Origin: Candidatus Nomurabacteria bacterium
GTDB taxonomy: Bacteria; Patescibacteriota; Saccharimonadia; JAGOAT01
DNA: 64,000 nt
Direction of reading: 5' to 3'
Assembly (NCBI GenBank): GCA_020639315.1
Contig: JACKGM010000002.1
Span: 158,321 to 222,320, forward strand
A program made the translations under genes and the position numbers. The notes beneath the pieces were generated by a model. It saw only the letters and a program-made list of their open reading frames with translations, ran no database searches and had not been told where the DNA came from. This document shows positions 17,679 through 26,509 of the stretch, piece by piece (position 1 is the stretch's first letter; each line of letters opens with the position of its first letter).

Positions 17679-17840
17679 AACCCTATTGCCATATAAACTT
17701 GCGAGGTCAAAGCTGATGATTTTTATTCCAGAATAGCAAAACACGACAAAGCATAACAGGAGTTACGCTGCGAAGTGTTTTGCTAGTCTGGGGCAAAAAA
17801 TGGCAGTTTTGAAGCCGTGAGGTTATATGGCAACAGGGTT
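17679..17840 (+). mobile_element. MITE-B copy (162 bp) inserted into the 3' end of a REP-like unit
   Basis: Flanks ...GGATCCAGT | element | AGTATTTATGG. Removing the element and one AGT restores the canonical GGATCCAGTATTT. Confidence 0.85.
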
Positions 17841-17898
17841 AGTATTTATGGGGCCCAGTTATTAGACAGCTGAGCTCAATCAATGCTAAAATACCACT

Positions 17899-18969
17899 AT
17901 GAAATACGTAATCACAGCCGGCGGACAAGGTACAAAACTTTGGCCTCTATCTAGAGAAGCCAAACCAAAACAATTTCAAAACATCATCGGAGACCAAACT
18001 CTCTTCAAAATCAATCTAGATACTTTACTAACCGAGATTGACCCCGAAGATATTATTATTCAGACCAAAGAGCGCTACCTAGATCTGGTCAGGACTGACA
18101 ATCAGGCAGTTCCTGAAAAGAACATTATTTTGGAGCCTGACTTCAAAAAAAATCGAGGCCCAGCCGATGGGCTAACAATGGTTTGGCTTGACCATCACTA
18201 CCCTGGTGAGCCCTTCATCTTAATCCAAAGTGATTGCTTGAGATTACCAAATGATCGCTACCTTTCTACCCTTAAGTCAATTGAAGAATTACTGATTAAA
18301 GATCAGGTCTTTATTACGGCTGGACTTAAGGCTACCCGACCTGACCTAGGTGTAGATTATTTTTCCCTAGGAGAGAAGCTAAGTGAAGTTAATAATATTA
18401 GTATTTACAAGATTGACAAGTTTATTCCGAGAAGCTCAGACTATGCCGAAACCAAAAAGCTAATTCAAGACTATCATGTATCTACCCACGCCAATCACAA
18501 TGCCTACTATCCTAAGAAAATGCTTGAAGCCTATAAGAAATATCGTCCTGACTGGTACCAAGCTCTAGAGAAAATATCTAAAGTCCTAGATCAACCTGAT
18601 CAAGTGGCAGCAATTTACCAGACCATGGAATCTGGAGCTACAGAAGATGTCACTCAGCATTTATTTGATTCTGGAGCCCTAGTTCTTCTACCCTTTGAAT
18701 GGATTGATGTCGGTACCTGGGATAGTATTTACCAGACTTTGCGTCATGAGCAAGAGGAGATTTATAAGGATGGTCAAGTGATCGATATCGATAGTCAAAG
18801 AAGTTTAGTCAAGGCTAACCCTAATAAGCTGGTAGCCTTGCTCGGAGTAGAGGATCTTGTAGTAGTAGATAGCGATGATGTTTTACTGGTAGCAGATCGA
18901 CATCGGAGTGGAGACATTAGTAAAGTGCTTAAAGGGCTTGAAGACCAAAGTCTAGATAAGTATCTATAG
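17899..18969 (+). CDS. mannose-1-phosphate guanylyltransferase-like sugar nucleotidyltransferase
   Basis: N-terminal AGGQGTKLWPLSREAKPKQF signature of ManC/CpsB-type NTP transferases. Confidence 0.75.
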   Translation: MKYVITAGGQGTKLWPLSREAKPKQFQNIIGDQTLFKINLDTLLTEIDPEDIIIQTKERYLDLVRTDNQAVPEKNIILEPDFKKNRGPADGLTMVWLDHHYPGEPFILIQSDCLRLPNDRYLSTLKSIEELLIKDQVFITAGLKATRPDLGVDYFSLGEKLSEVNNISIYKIDKFIPRSSDYAETKKLIQDYHVSTHANHNAYYPKKMLEAYKKYRPDWYQALEKISKVLDQPDQVAAIYQTMESGATEDVTQHLFDSGALVLLPFEWIDVGTWDSIYQTLRHEQEEIYKDGQVIDIDSQRSLVKANPNKLVALLGVEDLVVVDSDDVLLVADRHRSGDISKVLKGLEDQSLDKYL

Positions 18970-19057
18970 CCATTGCCAATACTTAGCGAATCCTGTAAAA
19001 TTATTCAGTAACTTAAAGTATTTCTAAAAGCTCCTTAAAAACTAGATAGATATATTT

Positions 19058-19122
19058 ACTCGACTTACGCAAAACCTCGGATACTCTAGACTTGCCTTCC
19101 AGAGATTTTGCGTAAGTCGAGT
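19058..19122. repeat. perfect 17-bp inverted repeat with a 31-nt loop, abutting tRNA-Cys
   Basis: ACTCGACTTACGCAAAA ... TTTTGCGTAAGTCGAGT. It ends 4 nt before the tRNA 5' end. Confidence 0.8.
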
Positions 19123-19126
19123 CTAG

Positions 19127-19200
19127 GGCCTGTTGGCCGAGTGGTTAGGCAAAGGTCTGCAAAACCTTGTACAGCGGTTCGATCCCGCTACAGGTCTCCA
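19127..19200 (+). tRNA. tRNA-Cys (GCA)
   Basis: Cloverleaf folded by hand: acceptor GGCCTGT/ACAGGTC, anticodon arm AAGGT-CTGCAAA-ACCTT, T arm AGCGG-TTCGATC-CCGCT, encoded CCA. Confidence 0.85.
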
Positions 19201-19208
19201 TAGCAAAA

Positions 19209-19300
19209 GGGCGAGTGGTGGAATTGGTATACACGACGGACTTAAAATCCGTTGCCTTATTTTTTATGGCTTGAGGGTTCGAGTCCCTCCTCGCCCACCA
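19209..19300 (+). tRNA. tRNA-Leu (TAA), type II long variable arm
   Basis: Acceptor GGGCGAG/CTCGCCC, anticodon arm ACGGA-CTTAAAA-TCCGT, T arm GAGGG-TTCGAGT-CCCTC, encoded CCA. Confidence 0.85.
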
Positions 19301-19322
19301 TCCAACCAATTTCACAACCACA

Positions 19323-19461
19323 CATAGCAAGCTCAAAACAAAATCCAATTCCCTGACTAGGATAATAGGGAAACAGTAGTTGAGTTCTTCTACTGGACTC
19401 TAGTACCAGGTCAGGAATTGTGATCGATAGAAATGTCTGATTTTGTTTTTAACTTGCGATA
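19323..19461 (+). mobile_element. MITE-A-related element (shared termini, different core) inside the tRNA cluster
   Basis: Ends ATAGCAAGCTCAAAACAAAATC ... GATTTTGTTTTTAACTTGCGATA. Inner inverted repeat CAATTCCCTGACTAGG/CCAGGTCAGGAATTG. Confidence 0.6.
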
Positions 19462-19476
19462 ACTAAGAATGACTAT

Positions 19477-19553
19477 GGGTGATTAGCTCAGTTGGCTAGA
19501 GCATCTCGTTTACACCGAGGAGGTCAGAGGTTCGAGTCCTCTATCACCCACCA
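19477..19553 (+). tRNA. tRNA-Val (TAC)
   Basis: GGGTGAT...ATCACCC acceptor, anticodon loop TTTACAC, T loop TTCGAGT, encoded CCA. Confidence 0.9.
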
Positions 19554-19576
19554 TTAATTTCTCACTATCCCTATTT

Positions 19577-19653
19577 GGGGCATTAGCTCAGCTGGTTAGA
19601 GCACCTGCTTTGCAAGCAGGGGGTCATCGGTTCGAATCCGATATGCTCCACCA
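19577..19653 (+). tRNA. tRNA-Ala (TGC)
   Basis: GGGGCAT/ATGCTCC acceptor with the G3:U70 identity pair, anticodon loop TTTGCAA, encoded CCA. Confidence 0.9.
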
Positions 19654-19654
19654 T

Positions 19655-19730
19655 GGCGACTTAGCTCAGTTGGTAGAGCAGAGGCCTGAAGAGCCTTGTG
19701 TCGTAGGTTCGATTCCTACAGTCGCCACCA
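19655..19730 (+). tRNA. tRNA-Phe (GAA)
   Basis: GGCGACT/AGTCGCC acceptor, anticodon loop CTGAAGA, T loop TTCGATT, encoded CCA. Starts 1 nt after tRNA-Ala. Confidence 0.9.
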
Positions 19731-19773
19731 TTTTATAAGCATTGTAACTTCTTATCCTTAGTTCCCAAATTCA

Positions 19774-20201
19774 GATACTGGATCTCCCATAATTTCCTAA
19801 AGGAAATTTGGAAGATGACACGAAGAGGCCTTGTCATCCTCCGAAACCCGCCCCTTGCCCTGTCATCCTCCGAATCCTCGTAAGAGGATTACGGGGGATC
19901 CAGTATTAGTATTGTGTATTGCATTGCCATCCTCCGAAGTCCAAAGAACTTACGGGGGATCCAGTATCCCGTATTTGCATCCGTCATACTCAGAGCTTGC
20001 TCTGGGTATCCAGAAAACTAATAATAAACATAAAAACTAACTGTACTACCTAATCCATTATCTAGAGTTCTGGATCCCCAACTTTTCCTTCAAATGAAGG
20101 GCGGAAAAGTTGAGGATGACTCAATTCCTGTCATCCTCCGAAACCTGTCGCTTGTCCTGTCATCCTCCGAAACCCGGAGGGTTTACGGGGGATCCAGTAT
20201 T
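19774..20201. repeat. REP-like cluster E (two reverse+forward composites plus extra units)
   Basis: Reverse units 19774-19819 and 20067-20120. Forward half units at 19832 and 20129. Full units at 19861, 19924 and 20158. Variant unit at 19983. Confidence 0.9.
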
Positions 20202-20210
20202 CTACATTTA

Positions 20211-20372
20211 TAGACCCAACACCCTGACTTACCACTAAATTCCTGACCTCTCCTAGTACTAGCCATCTTTACTCCTTCTTCATATCAAAGGATATGACTC
20301 AGTCTTAAAGCAGACTATTACTTAGTCTAGGGTCTAGGAATTTATTGTGGCAAGACAAAGTGTTGGGTCATA
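20211..20372. mobile_element. MITE-C: 162-bp element with about 40-bp imperfect terminal inverted repeats
   Basis: TAGACCCAACACCCTGACTTACCACTAAATTCCTGACC ... GGTCTAGGAATTTATTGTGGCAAGACAAAGTGTTGGGTCATA. Single copy in the window. Confidence 0.55.
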
Positions 20373-20440
20373 ATTAATTGACGAACCTCAAGTATCAGAA
20401 TAGACTGTAAGTAAATATTAATTATCCTATGGAGTGAAAT

Positions 20441-21796
20441 ATGAATCCTAGCGACAATAGTTCAAAATCTAAATCAAAAAGAGGTATTTATCTAGTCCTT
20501 TTTATTATAATCTTTGGCTTGGCGGCTGCAGGGCTAATCTTGATGATCAAAGATGACAATCAGGATGCCAAAGTTGACTCTGAGCAAGTAGACGTCTCCC
20601 CAGATATAGCCAAGCTTGATACTCTCTGTCAGACCACACTCCCAAGACTTATTCAATGCCAAAATCTTCAAGCTGACCAGTTGACTACCTATCGACTTCC
20701 TGAAGATCTAGGTAATCCTTCGTATATTGCCCCCAGCCCTGATCAATCTAAGTTTATTGTGGAGCTCAAAGATAGCTCTGTCCTCGTCGATCAAGATTTC
20801 AATAAGATTGCAGATTTACCCCATCAGGAATCGAGCCAAACCTGGTGGACTGATTTAATATGGCTGGATTCAGATACGATTGTCTATAGTGCTTCAGCCC
20901 AAGATTCTACTGATACTGATTTTAATTCTCAGATATTCAATTATGACATTGCTAACGATCGAACAACTCAGATGACTTCTTACCAGGAAAGTTTGACCTA
21001 TGCCTACCCGAGTCAAGATGGTACTATGCTTTTTTCTAGAATCCAGAGACCAGAGCAAGCCGAGACGATTGCTGTAGTCAGCACTGACGGGACTGTCAAA
21101 GAGATTGGATCAATTTTGAGTACCGACAAAACCGAACTCTCAGGCACTGTCAATTATGATCGTAATTCTGATTTATTTTACCTAACACAAGCAGAATCCC
21201 AATCATCAATCCCACTCAAGCTCAAAAAGGATCTAGAGGGCAATTATCAACTCGAACAAACCAATGATCCAACCCTAGAGCAAATCTATCAAGGACCAAG
21301 TACTGAGCAAGGAATAGTAGTCCTAGCAAACGACTCAGATCAAAATAGTTCTGCGCAGTACCAAATAGTAGACGATCAGGGATCTATCAGGGATCTGCAA
21401 TTGGCGCAGGCAAGTAGCCAAGGCTACACCTATGGTCTACCTTTTGCAGTTAGCCAAAGTCTCAATCTTGAAACTATTGACGATAATGCGATCGATGCCA
21501 GTGACTACCTCTACTCCTATGTAGACTTACCAAATAATCTTAGTACTTACTTACTCGACCTGGTCAAACAAAACTGTTCTGAAGGAAGCTACAATAAAGT
21601 AGTTGTCAATAACCAACTAAATGACAATCAAGCTGTGGTAGAGTTTCAGGGTTGTAATGGTCAGGCTTACATTGGGTATTACAAGCTGGATGGTTCAGAT
21701 TTCAAGGCAGTGATCCAGACCCAGAACAATGTCAGCTGTGCCTCACTGGAAGAAAATGGTCTAAATCCTGAGCTGGTCGATAGCTGCACAGAGTAA
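20441..21796 (+). CDS. hypothetical membrane-anchored/secreted protein
   Basis: 451 aa with an N-terminal TM segment after a basic stretch. Ser/Asp/Gln-rich. No motif recognised. Confidence 0.5.
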   Translation: MNPSDNSSKSKSKRGIYLVLFIIIFGLAAAGLILMIKDDNQDAKVDSEQVDVSPDIAKLDTLCQTTLPRLIQCQNLQADQLTTYRLPEDLGNPSYIAPSPDQSKFIVELKDSSVLVDQDFNKIADLPHQESSQTWWTDLIWLDSDTIVYSASAQDSTDTDFNSQIFNYDIANDRTTQMTSYQESLTYAYPSQDGTMLFSRIQRPEQAETIAVVSTDGTVKEIGSILSTDKTELSGTVNYDRNSDLFYLTQAESQSSIPLKLKKDLEGNYQLEQTNDPTLEQIYQGPSTEQGIVVLANDSDQNSSAQYQIVDDQGSIRDLQLAQASSQGYTYGLPFAVSQSLNLETIDDNAIDASDYLYSYVDLPNNLSTYLLDLVKQNCSEGSYNKVVVNNQLNDNQAVVEFQGCNGQAYIGYYKLDGSDFKAVIQTQNNVSCASLEENGLNPELVDSCTE

Positions 21797-21827
21797 ATCC
21801 CTAGACTTCTACCAAAAACTTATCAAA

Positions 21828-22304
21828 ATGCACGCCAGAACCCGAATCGGACAGCACAAGCTTAATCTGTCCATCAGCTTTTTGCAGTTAGTCACCGTTT
21901 TGTCTGGAATAGTCATGGTAATATTTCTGATTTGGGAGCCTCAGACAGAAGGAGTCAATCGGTCTGCCACAAACTTTGAGATTTACCTTCAAGATCCCTT
22001 TTTGATTCTGGCATACCTAGGATCTATCCCATTTTTCATTAGTCTCTATCAGGTTTATCAGCTACTGGGTTATACTAGACAGAAGAGAGTAGTATCAACC
22101 CAATCACTTAAGGCGCTCCGGATCATTAGACATTGCCACCTGATCACAATCGGCGCAGTAATTATACTCGAGATAATTATCTTACTCGGCCCAAGTGACG
22201 ACCATACTGGCGGGTTGGCGATTGGCTTGATGATTAGTTTGGTTTCGCTAGTAGTGATCAGTCTTACTACTATCTTATCTTCTGTGATCAATGAGCCCCT
22301 GTGA
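21828..22304 (+). CDS. hypothetical 4-TM membrane protein
   Basis: 158 aa with four hydrophobic segments. No motif recognised. Confidence 0.45.
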   Translation: MHARTRIGQHKLNLSISFLQLVTVLSGIVMVIFLIWEPQTEGVNRSATNFEIYLQDPFLILAYLGSIPFFISLYQVYQLLGYTRQKRVVSTQSLKALRIIRHCHLITIGAVIILEIIILLGPSDDHTGGLAIGLMISLVSLVVISLTTILSSVINEPL

Positions 22305-22407
22305 TCACTGATCACAGCTACAACTTTAAGAGTAAAGACCTTACAGTGGGCAGCCCCAAAAAGATATCTCTAGTCATTGTCGGTATGAGTTGATACAATA
22401 ATACCTT

Positions 22408-24174
22408 ATGGACAAAGAGAAGATTACAGTCAGTCTACCTGAAGCAGGGCTATACTACATCAAGGGCTACCTTCAAACTTCACAGTGGGCTTGGATAACC
22501 TTTGTCCTTTGGGGAGTAGGTCGGTTATTATCCTCTGCCTCACTATTACCAGCTTTGATAATATCTAGAGTGATCAATAATCTTAGCACTGGATCTTTTG
22601 ATACTAATACTTTATACATGCTTGTTGCTTTAGCAATAACTTCAATTATCCTAGGAGAAACCTTTATCAGGCTTTGGGGGCATTTTGTAGCCCACTTTCA
22701 GATAGCGCAGGCTGATACGATCCTTAAGGATTCCTATAAAAACTTGATTGATAAATCACTAAACTTTCATGCCAATAACTTTGCCGGTAGCTTGACCACC
22801 AAGATTAATCGCCTAGCGAGAAGTTCGATTGACTTCAATGATACCCTACATGAGAAAATCATCGATACGCTAGTGGCCTTAGTATTTATGATTATTACGG
22901 TAGGGGTTAACTACCCTGCTAGTAGCCTATTTGGGCTAGCTGGGATCGTAGTCTATACACTGATAGTCTCTCCACTGATTAGAAAACGGATGAAAATAGT
23001 TGCCAAAAGATCTATCTTGGAGAGCAAAAGGACTGGCTACTTCGTCGATGGGATTACCAATGCCGTAGCAATCAAAGCCTATGCAAAAGAAGACTATGAG
23101 CTTGATCGCTTTGCCCAAGAAGTAGGACGAGCCGGGAAAGTAACTCTAAAGTCTTGGCTCTACTCCAATTGGCGAATCGATCCGATTACCTCACTGACCT
23201 ATATCATTATTCTATTTACACCATTAATAGTGATTATAAATCAAGCTAAATCTGGGGCCGAGATTGGTGATATGTTTTTTGCTTATTCAATTTTTGGATT
23301 TTTATCTTCAAGAGTTTGGGATATAGCTAACACTTGGCGTAATATTGAAAATCAACTGACGGCAGGGGCTGAAGGTCTCAGTATCCTTAATCAGCCTGCT
23401 ACAATCGTAGATAGCAAAGACGCCAAAGCACTAGATGTCACTAATGGTCAAATCAAATTCTCAAAGGTTGACTTCAACTATGAAGGCTCTCAAGTATTTC
23501 GGGATTTCAATTTGACCATCCAGCCCTCTCAGTCAGTTGGCTTAGTCGGTCCGAGTGGGGGAGGGAAGTCAACCTTTGTCAAGCTAATCTTGAGATTCAT
23601 GGATACTGATGGGGGTAAGATTGAAATCGACCAACAAGATATCATGCGTGTCACTCAAAATTCACTTAGAAATCAGATCGGCTATATACCCCAGGAACCA
23701 GCCCTGTTTCATCGTTCTATTTTTGAGAATATCGCTTATGGAGGTGACTCTCCGACTAGAAGTGAAGTGATTGAAGCGGCCAAGCAAGCCTATGCTCACG
23801 AATTCATACAGACCCTACCAAAGGGTTATGATACCCTGGTCGGAGAGAGAGGCATCAAGCTTAGTGGTGGTCAACGACAAAGAGTAGCGATTGCTAGAGC
23901 CTTTCTTAAGCGCTCACCTATCCTAATACTGGATGAAGCTACCTCAGCTCTAGATAGTGAATCCGAACAGTATATTCAGAAGGCACTATTTGAACTAATG
24001 CAAAATCGTACTACAGTCGTGATTGCCCACCGGCTTTCAACAATCAAGCACCTAGATAGAATTATCGTCATAGACGATGGCAAAATTGTCCAAGACGGAC
24101 CCCACTCTAGTCTTTCCAGGCAGGAAGGTCTTTATCAAAACCTTTGGTCCCATCAGAGCGATGGGTTTATATAA
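22408..24174 (+). CDS. ABC exporter, fused permease/ATPase (MsbA/type I exporter-like)
   Basis: Six-TM N-terminal half. Walker A GPSGGGKST, signature LSGGQRQRVAIARA, Walker B ILILDEATSALD. Confidence 0.9.
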   Translation: MDKEKITVSLPEAGLYYIKGYLQTSQWAWITFVLWGVGRLLSSASLLPALIISRVINNLSTGSFDTNTLYMLVALAITSIILGETFIRLWGHFVAHFQIAQADTILKDSYKNLIDKSLNFHANNFAGSLTTKINRLARSSIDFNDTLHEKIIDTLVALVFMIITVGVNYPASSLFGLAGIVVYTLIVSPLIRKRMKIVAKRSILESKRTGYFVDGITNAVAIKAYAKEDYELDRFAQEVGRAGKVTLKSWLYSNWRIDPITSLTYIIILFTPLIVIINQAKSGAEIGDMFFAYSIFGFLSSRVWDIANTWRNIENQLTAGAEGLSILNQPATIVDSKDAKALDVTNGQIKFSKVDFNYEGSQVFRDFNLTIQPSQSVGLVGPSGGGKSTFVKLILRFMDTDGGKIEIDQQDIMRVTQNSLRNQIGYIPQEPALFHRSIFENIAYGGDSPTRSEVIEAAKQAYAHEFIQTLPKGYDTLVGERGIKLSGGQRQRVAIARAFLKRSPILILDEATSALDSESEQYIQKALFELMQNRTTVVIAHRLSTIKHLDRIIVIDDGKIVQDGPHSSLSRQEGLYQNLWSHQSDGFI

Positions 24175-24629
24175 GACCTAATAACTGCCTAGCTCGATCA
24201 GTCTTACTATTATCACTCCTCCCTGCAAGCGGTACGCAGTCTTCCCCTGAGTTTCTCAACATCTCCACATTTTGGACATCCCAACAGGTTAAGGTAACTG
24301 TTTTTCATAGCACTATCCCATATACTAGTAGTATTGGATTTATTCGTAAGGTTAAAACAAAGAGTGGTGCTATAGCTGTTCAGGTAGTCATGATTCAATA
24401 TTGTATTAACCCTTGTCATTAATCTTTAGGGGAGTTATTGAGACTAGTTGTGTATTTGGGGTTTAAATCTAGAAAGCATATCTCAGACAGATGTAAATAA
24501 TATATTCGGATCAAAATCAGTAGATGGTGAAAGTACTCTAGGATTCTCACTATATTGATTGATCATACAGCACACCCAAACCAAGACCGGACACTATGAG
24601 ACTTCTAATAAACAGCTAGAAAAACCAGA

Positions 24630-24683
24630 TTGATAGACTCTAGAGTTGAGTCAAAAGTCTGGTTTTGTTTTGAGCTTTCTATA
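24630..24683 (-). mobile_element. truncated MITE-A (left end only, reverse orientation)
   Basis: ...TTGATAGACTCTAGAGTTGAGTCAAAAGTCTGGTTTTGTTTTGAGCTTTCTATA. Confidence 0.65.
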
Positions 24684-24765
24684 CAAGAGCTTAGAAAGTG
24701 AAATCAAGTCTATCGACTACCAATACTCCCGGATAATCTTTAGCTCCAAGCTTAATCTTGTCACC

Positions 24766-25341
24766 CTACCTATCAACCAATATTGACTTTGCACCCAGGT
24801 TGATAGCAAACTCTATATCCACGATCTGGTCACCTATTACTAAAATATTATCTGACATCATATCATTAGTCAGATTACCCAATACCCTTATATCTGGCTT
24901 ACGATACTCTGTCTGATCTCCAGGGATAATCTGATCAATATACTGATCTATCCCCAACTTTTTTGCTATCACAATTGGGCTAGCAGAACCTCGACCCAAA
25001 TGACCCCTATTGGTGACGATTGTTTGTCTTATACCTAGTCTACTAGCCTCCATCATCAGCCTCAGAGTATCATCGAATAAATAGCCCTTTAGGTCTTGGC
25101 TATATAGCTTATCTTGGATATCGAGAAATACTGACATGACTGAGTCAAGCTCCTGATCATCCAAGCTGAGAACATTTATCAATGTATTAGATAGTGACCC
25201 ATGAAAATGATTCTCAAGATCAGCTGATAGTTTTCTGCCTGTCTGATCAGCTACCTCCTCGATAACCCGGCTGAGTAGCCCAAAACTATCGATGATCGTC
25301 CCATCAAGATCCCAAATCACTAGCTTGATATTATCTAACAT
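24766..25341 (-). CDS. HAD-superfamily hydrolase (phosphatase-like)
   Basis: Motif I VIWDLDGTIIDS, motif II TN, and a C-terminal GD..(V)D pattern. Confidence 0.8.
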   Translation of the reverse strand: MLDNIKLVIWDLDGTIIDSFGLLSRVIEEVADQTGRKLSADLENHFHGSLSNTLINVLSLDDQELDSVMSVFLDIQDKLYSQDLKGYLFDDTLRLMMEASRLGIRQTIVTNRGHLGRGSASPIVIAKKLGIDQYIDQIIPGDQTEYRKPDIRVLGNLTNDMMSDNILVIGDQIVDIEFAINLGAKSILVDR

Positions 25342-25416
25342 CTTATCTCTCTATTACCTTGTTATTTAGACTCCAGACAAATCTATTATACCAAAAAACA
25401 TCGATCAAAAACCTGA

Positions 25417-26489
25417 CCCATAGTTCCAATATCAAATGCAACCGTTAGAATAATACATACAATTAAACGAAAGGATTGCATGAGTCACCTAACGGCTGCA
25501 GAACGGGGTAAGATAGAAGTCTTACTCCAAGACAATTATACAAATAATCAAATAGCAAAGCGAATTGGTAAAGATAAATCTACTATAGGTAGAGAGATCA
25601 AAAGAGGGCTTGATGGTAAAGGTATCTATCATACCTGGATAGCTCAATCTAGCTATGAAGAGAACCGACAAGAATCTAGACAGATACCAATCTTAGATAA
25701 CCCAGTTAATCATCGTTTACGCAGTCGAGTAGTAGACTGCCTACAGAAGGGCTGGAATCCAGTAACTATCTCAGGTAGATTAAAGAAAGAAGGACACCCA
25801 TCAGTCTCTGCTGAAACTATCTATAACTGGATATATACTAGCTCTTGGGCTAAAGAGGAAAAGCTCTATCAATATCTTAGACAAGGCAAGAAAAAGAGAA
25901 CCAAGAATCAAGGTAGGTCATCTCATAGGTCTAAGATACCAAATCGAGTATCTATCCATAAAAGACCAGAAGTTGTAAATCAAAGAACCAGACTAGGAGA
26001 TTGGGAGGGTGATAGTGTCTTATACCTACATAAACAAGCTATTAACACTGTAAACGAGAGAATTAGTAGTTTAGTAGTATTTACTAAACTAGACCGTAAG
26101 ACAGCAGAGGAGACAGCCAATGCAGTAATAGACGGGCTTAGAGGTCTTGTTGCCCATACCATCACCTTTGATAATGGTACTGAATTCACTAAACACGAGA
26201 GAATCACAGAAGCTATTGGTATAGAGGTATACTTTGCTGATCCATATAGCTCTTGGCAGAGAGGAGCTAACGAGAATATCAACGGACAACTTAGGGCGTA
26301 TCTCCCTAAGCGTAGTGATATTAGGGGACTAACCCAACAAGAGCTAGATGATATAGCCTGGGAGCTTAATAACAAGCCTAGAAAAAGACTAGGGTGGCAT
26401 ACACCTCAAGAGGTTTACGATTGGCTTGCTTCTAACCCTAATAGTGAGTTAGACTTAGCTAAGGTTGCATTTGGAAATAGAATCTAGGG
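25417..26489 (+). mobile_element. IS30-family insertion sequence, copy 2 (1073 bp)
   Basis: Same sequence as copy 1 as far as read by eye, in the same orientation. Confidence 0.9.
25480..26487 (+). CDS. IS30-family DDE transposase
   Basis: The 335-aa translation is identical to copy 1. Confidence 0.9.
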   Translation: MSHLTAAERGKIEVLLQDNYTNNQIAKRIGKDKSTIGREIKRGLDGKGIYHTWIAQSSYEENRQESRQIPILDNPVNHRLRSRVVDCLQKGWNPVTISGRLKKEGHPSVSAETIYNWIYTSSWAKEEKLYQYLRQGKKKRTKNQGRSSHRSKIPNRVSIHKRPEVVNQRTRLGDWEGDSVLYLHKQAINTVNERISSLVVFTKLDRKTAEETANAVIDGLRGLVAHTITFDNGTEFTKHERITEAIGIEVYFADPYSSWQRGANENINGQLRAYLPKRSDIRGLTQQELDDIAWELNNKPRKRLGWHTPQEVYDWLASNPNSELDLAKVAFGNRI

Positions 26490-26509
26490 ACTTCCTGACC
26501 CAAACTCAA

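Noticed and set aside
19133-19348. ORFs 19133-19327 (+) and 19145-19348 (-).
   Set aside because: They overlap tRNA-Cys and tRNA-Leu completely.
25411-26500. CCTGACCCA present at the left junction of IS30 copy 2 and again 6 bp beyond its right end; a possible long target duplication.
   Set aside because: It is inconsistent with the boundaries defined by comparison with copy 1. Copy 1 shows nothing equivalent, and the IS30 family is known for 2-3 bp duplications. Probably coincidence.
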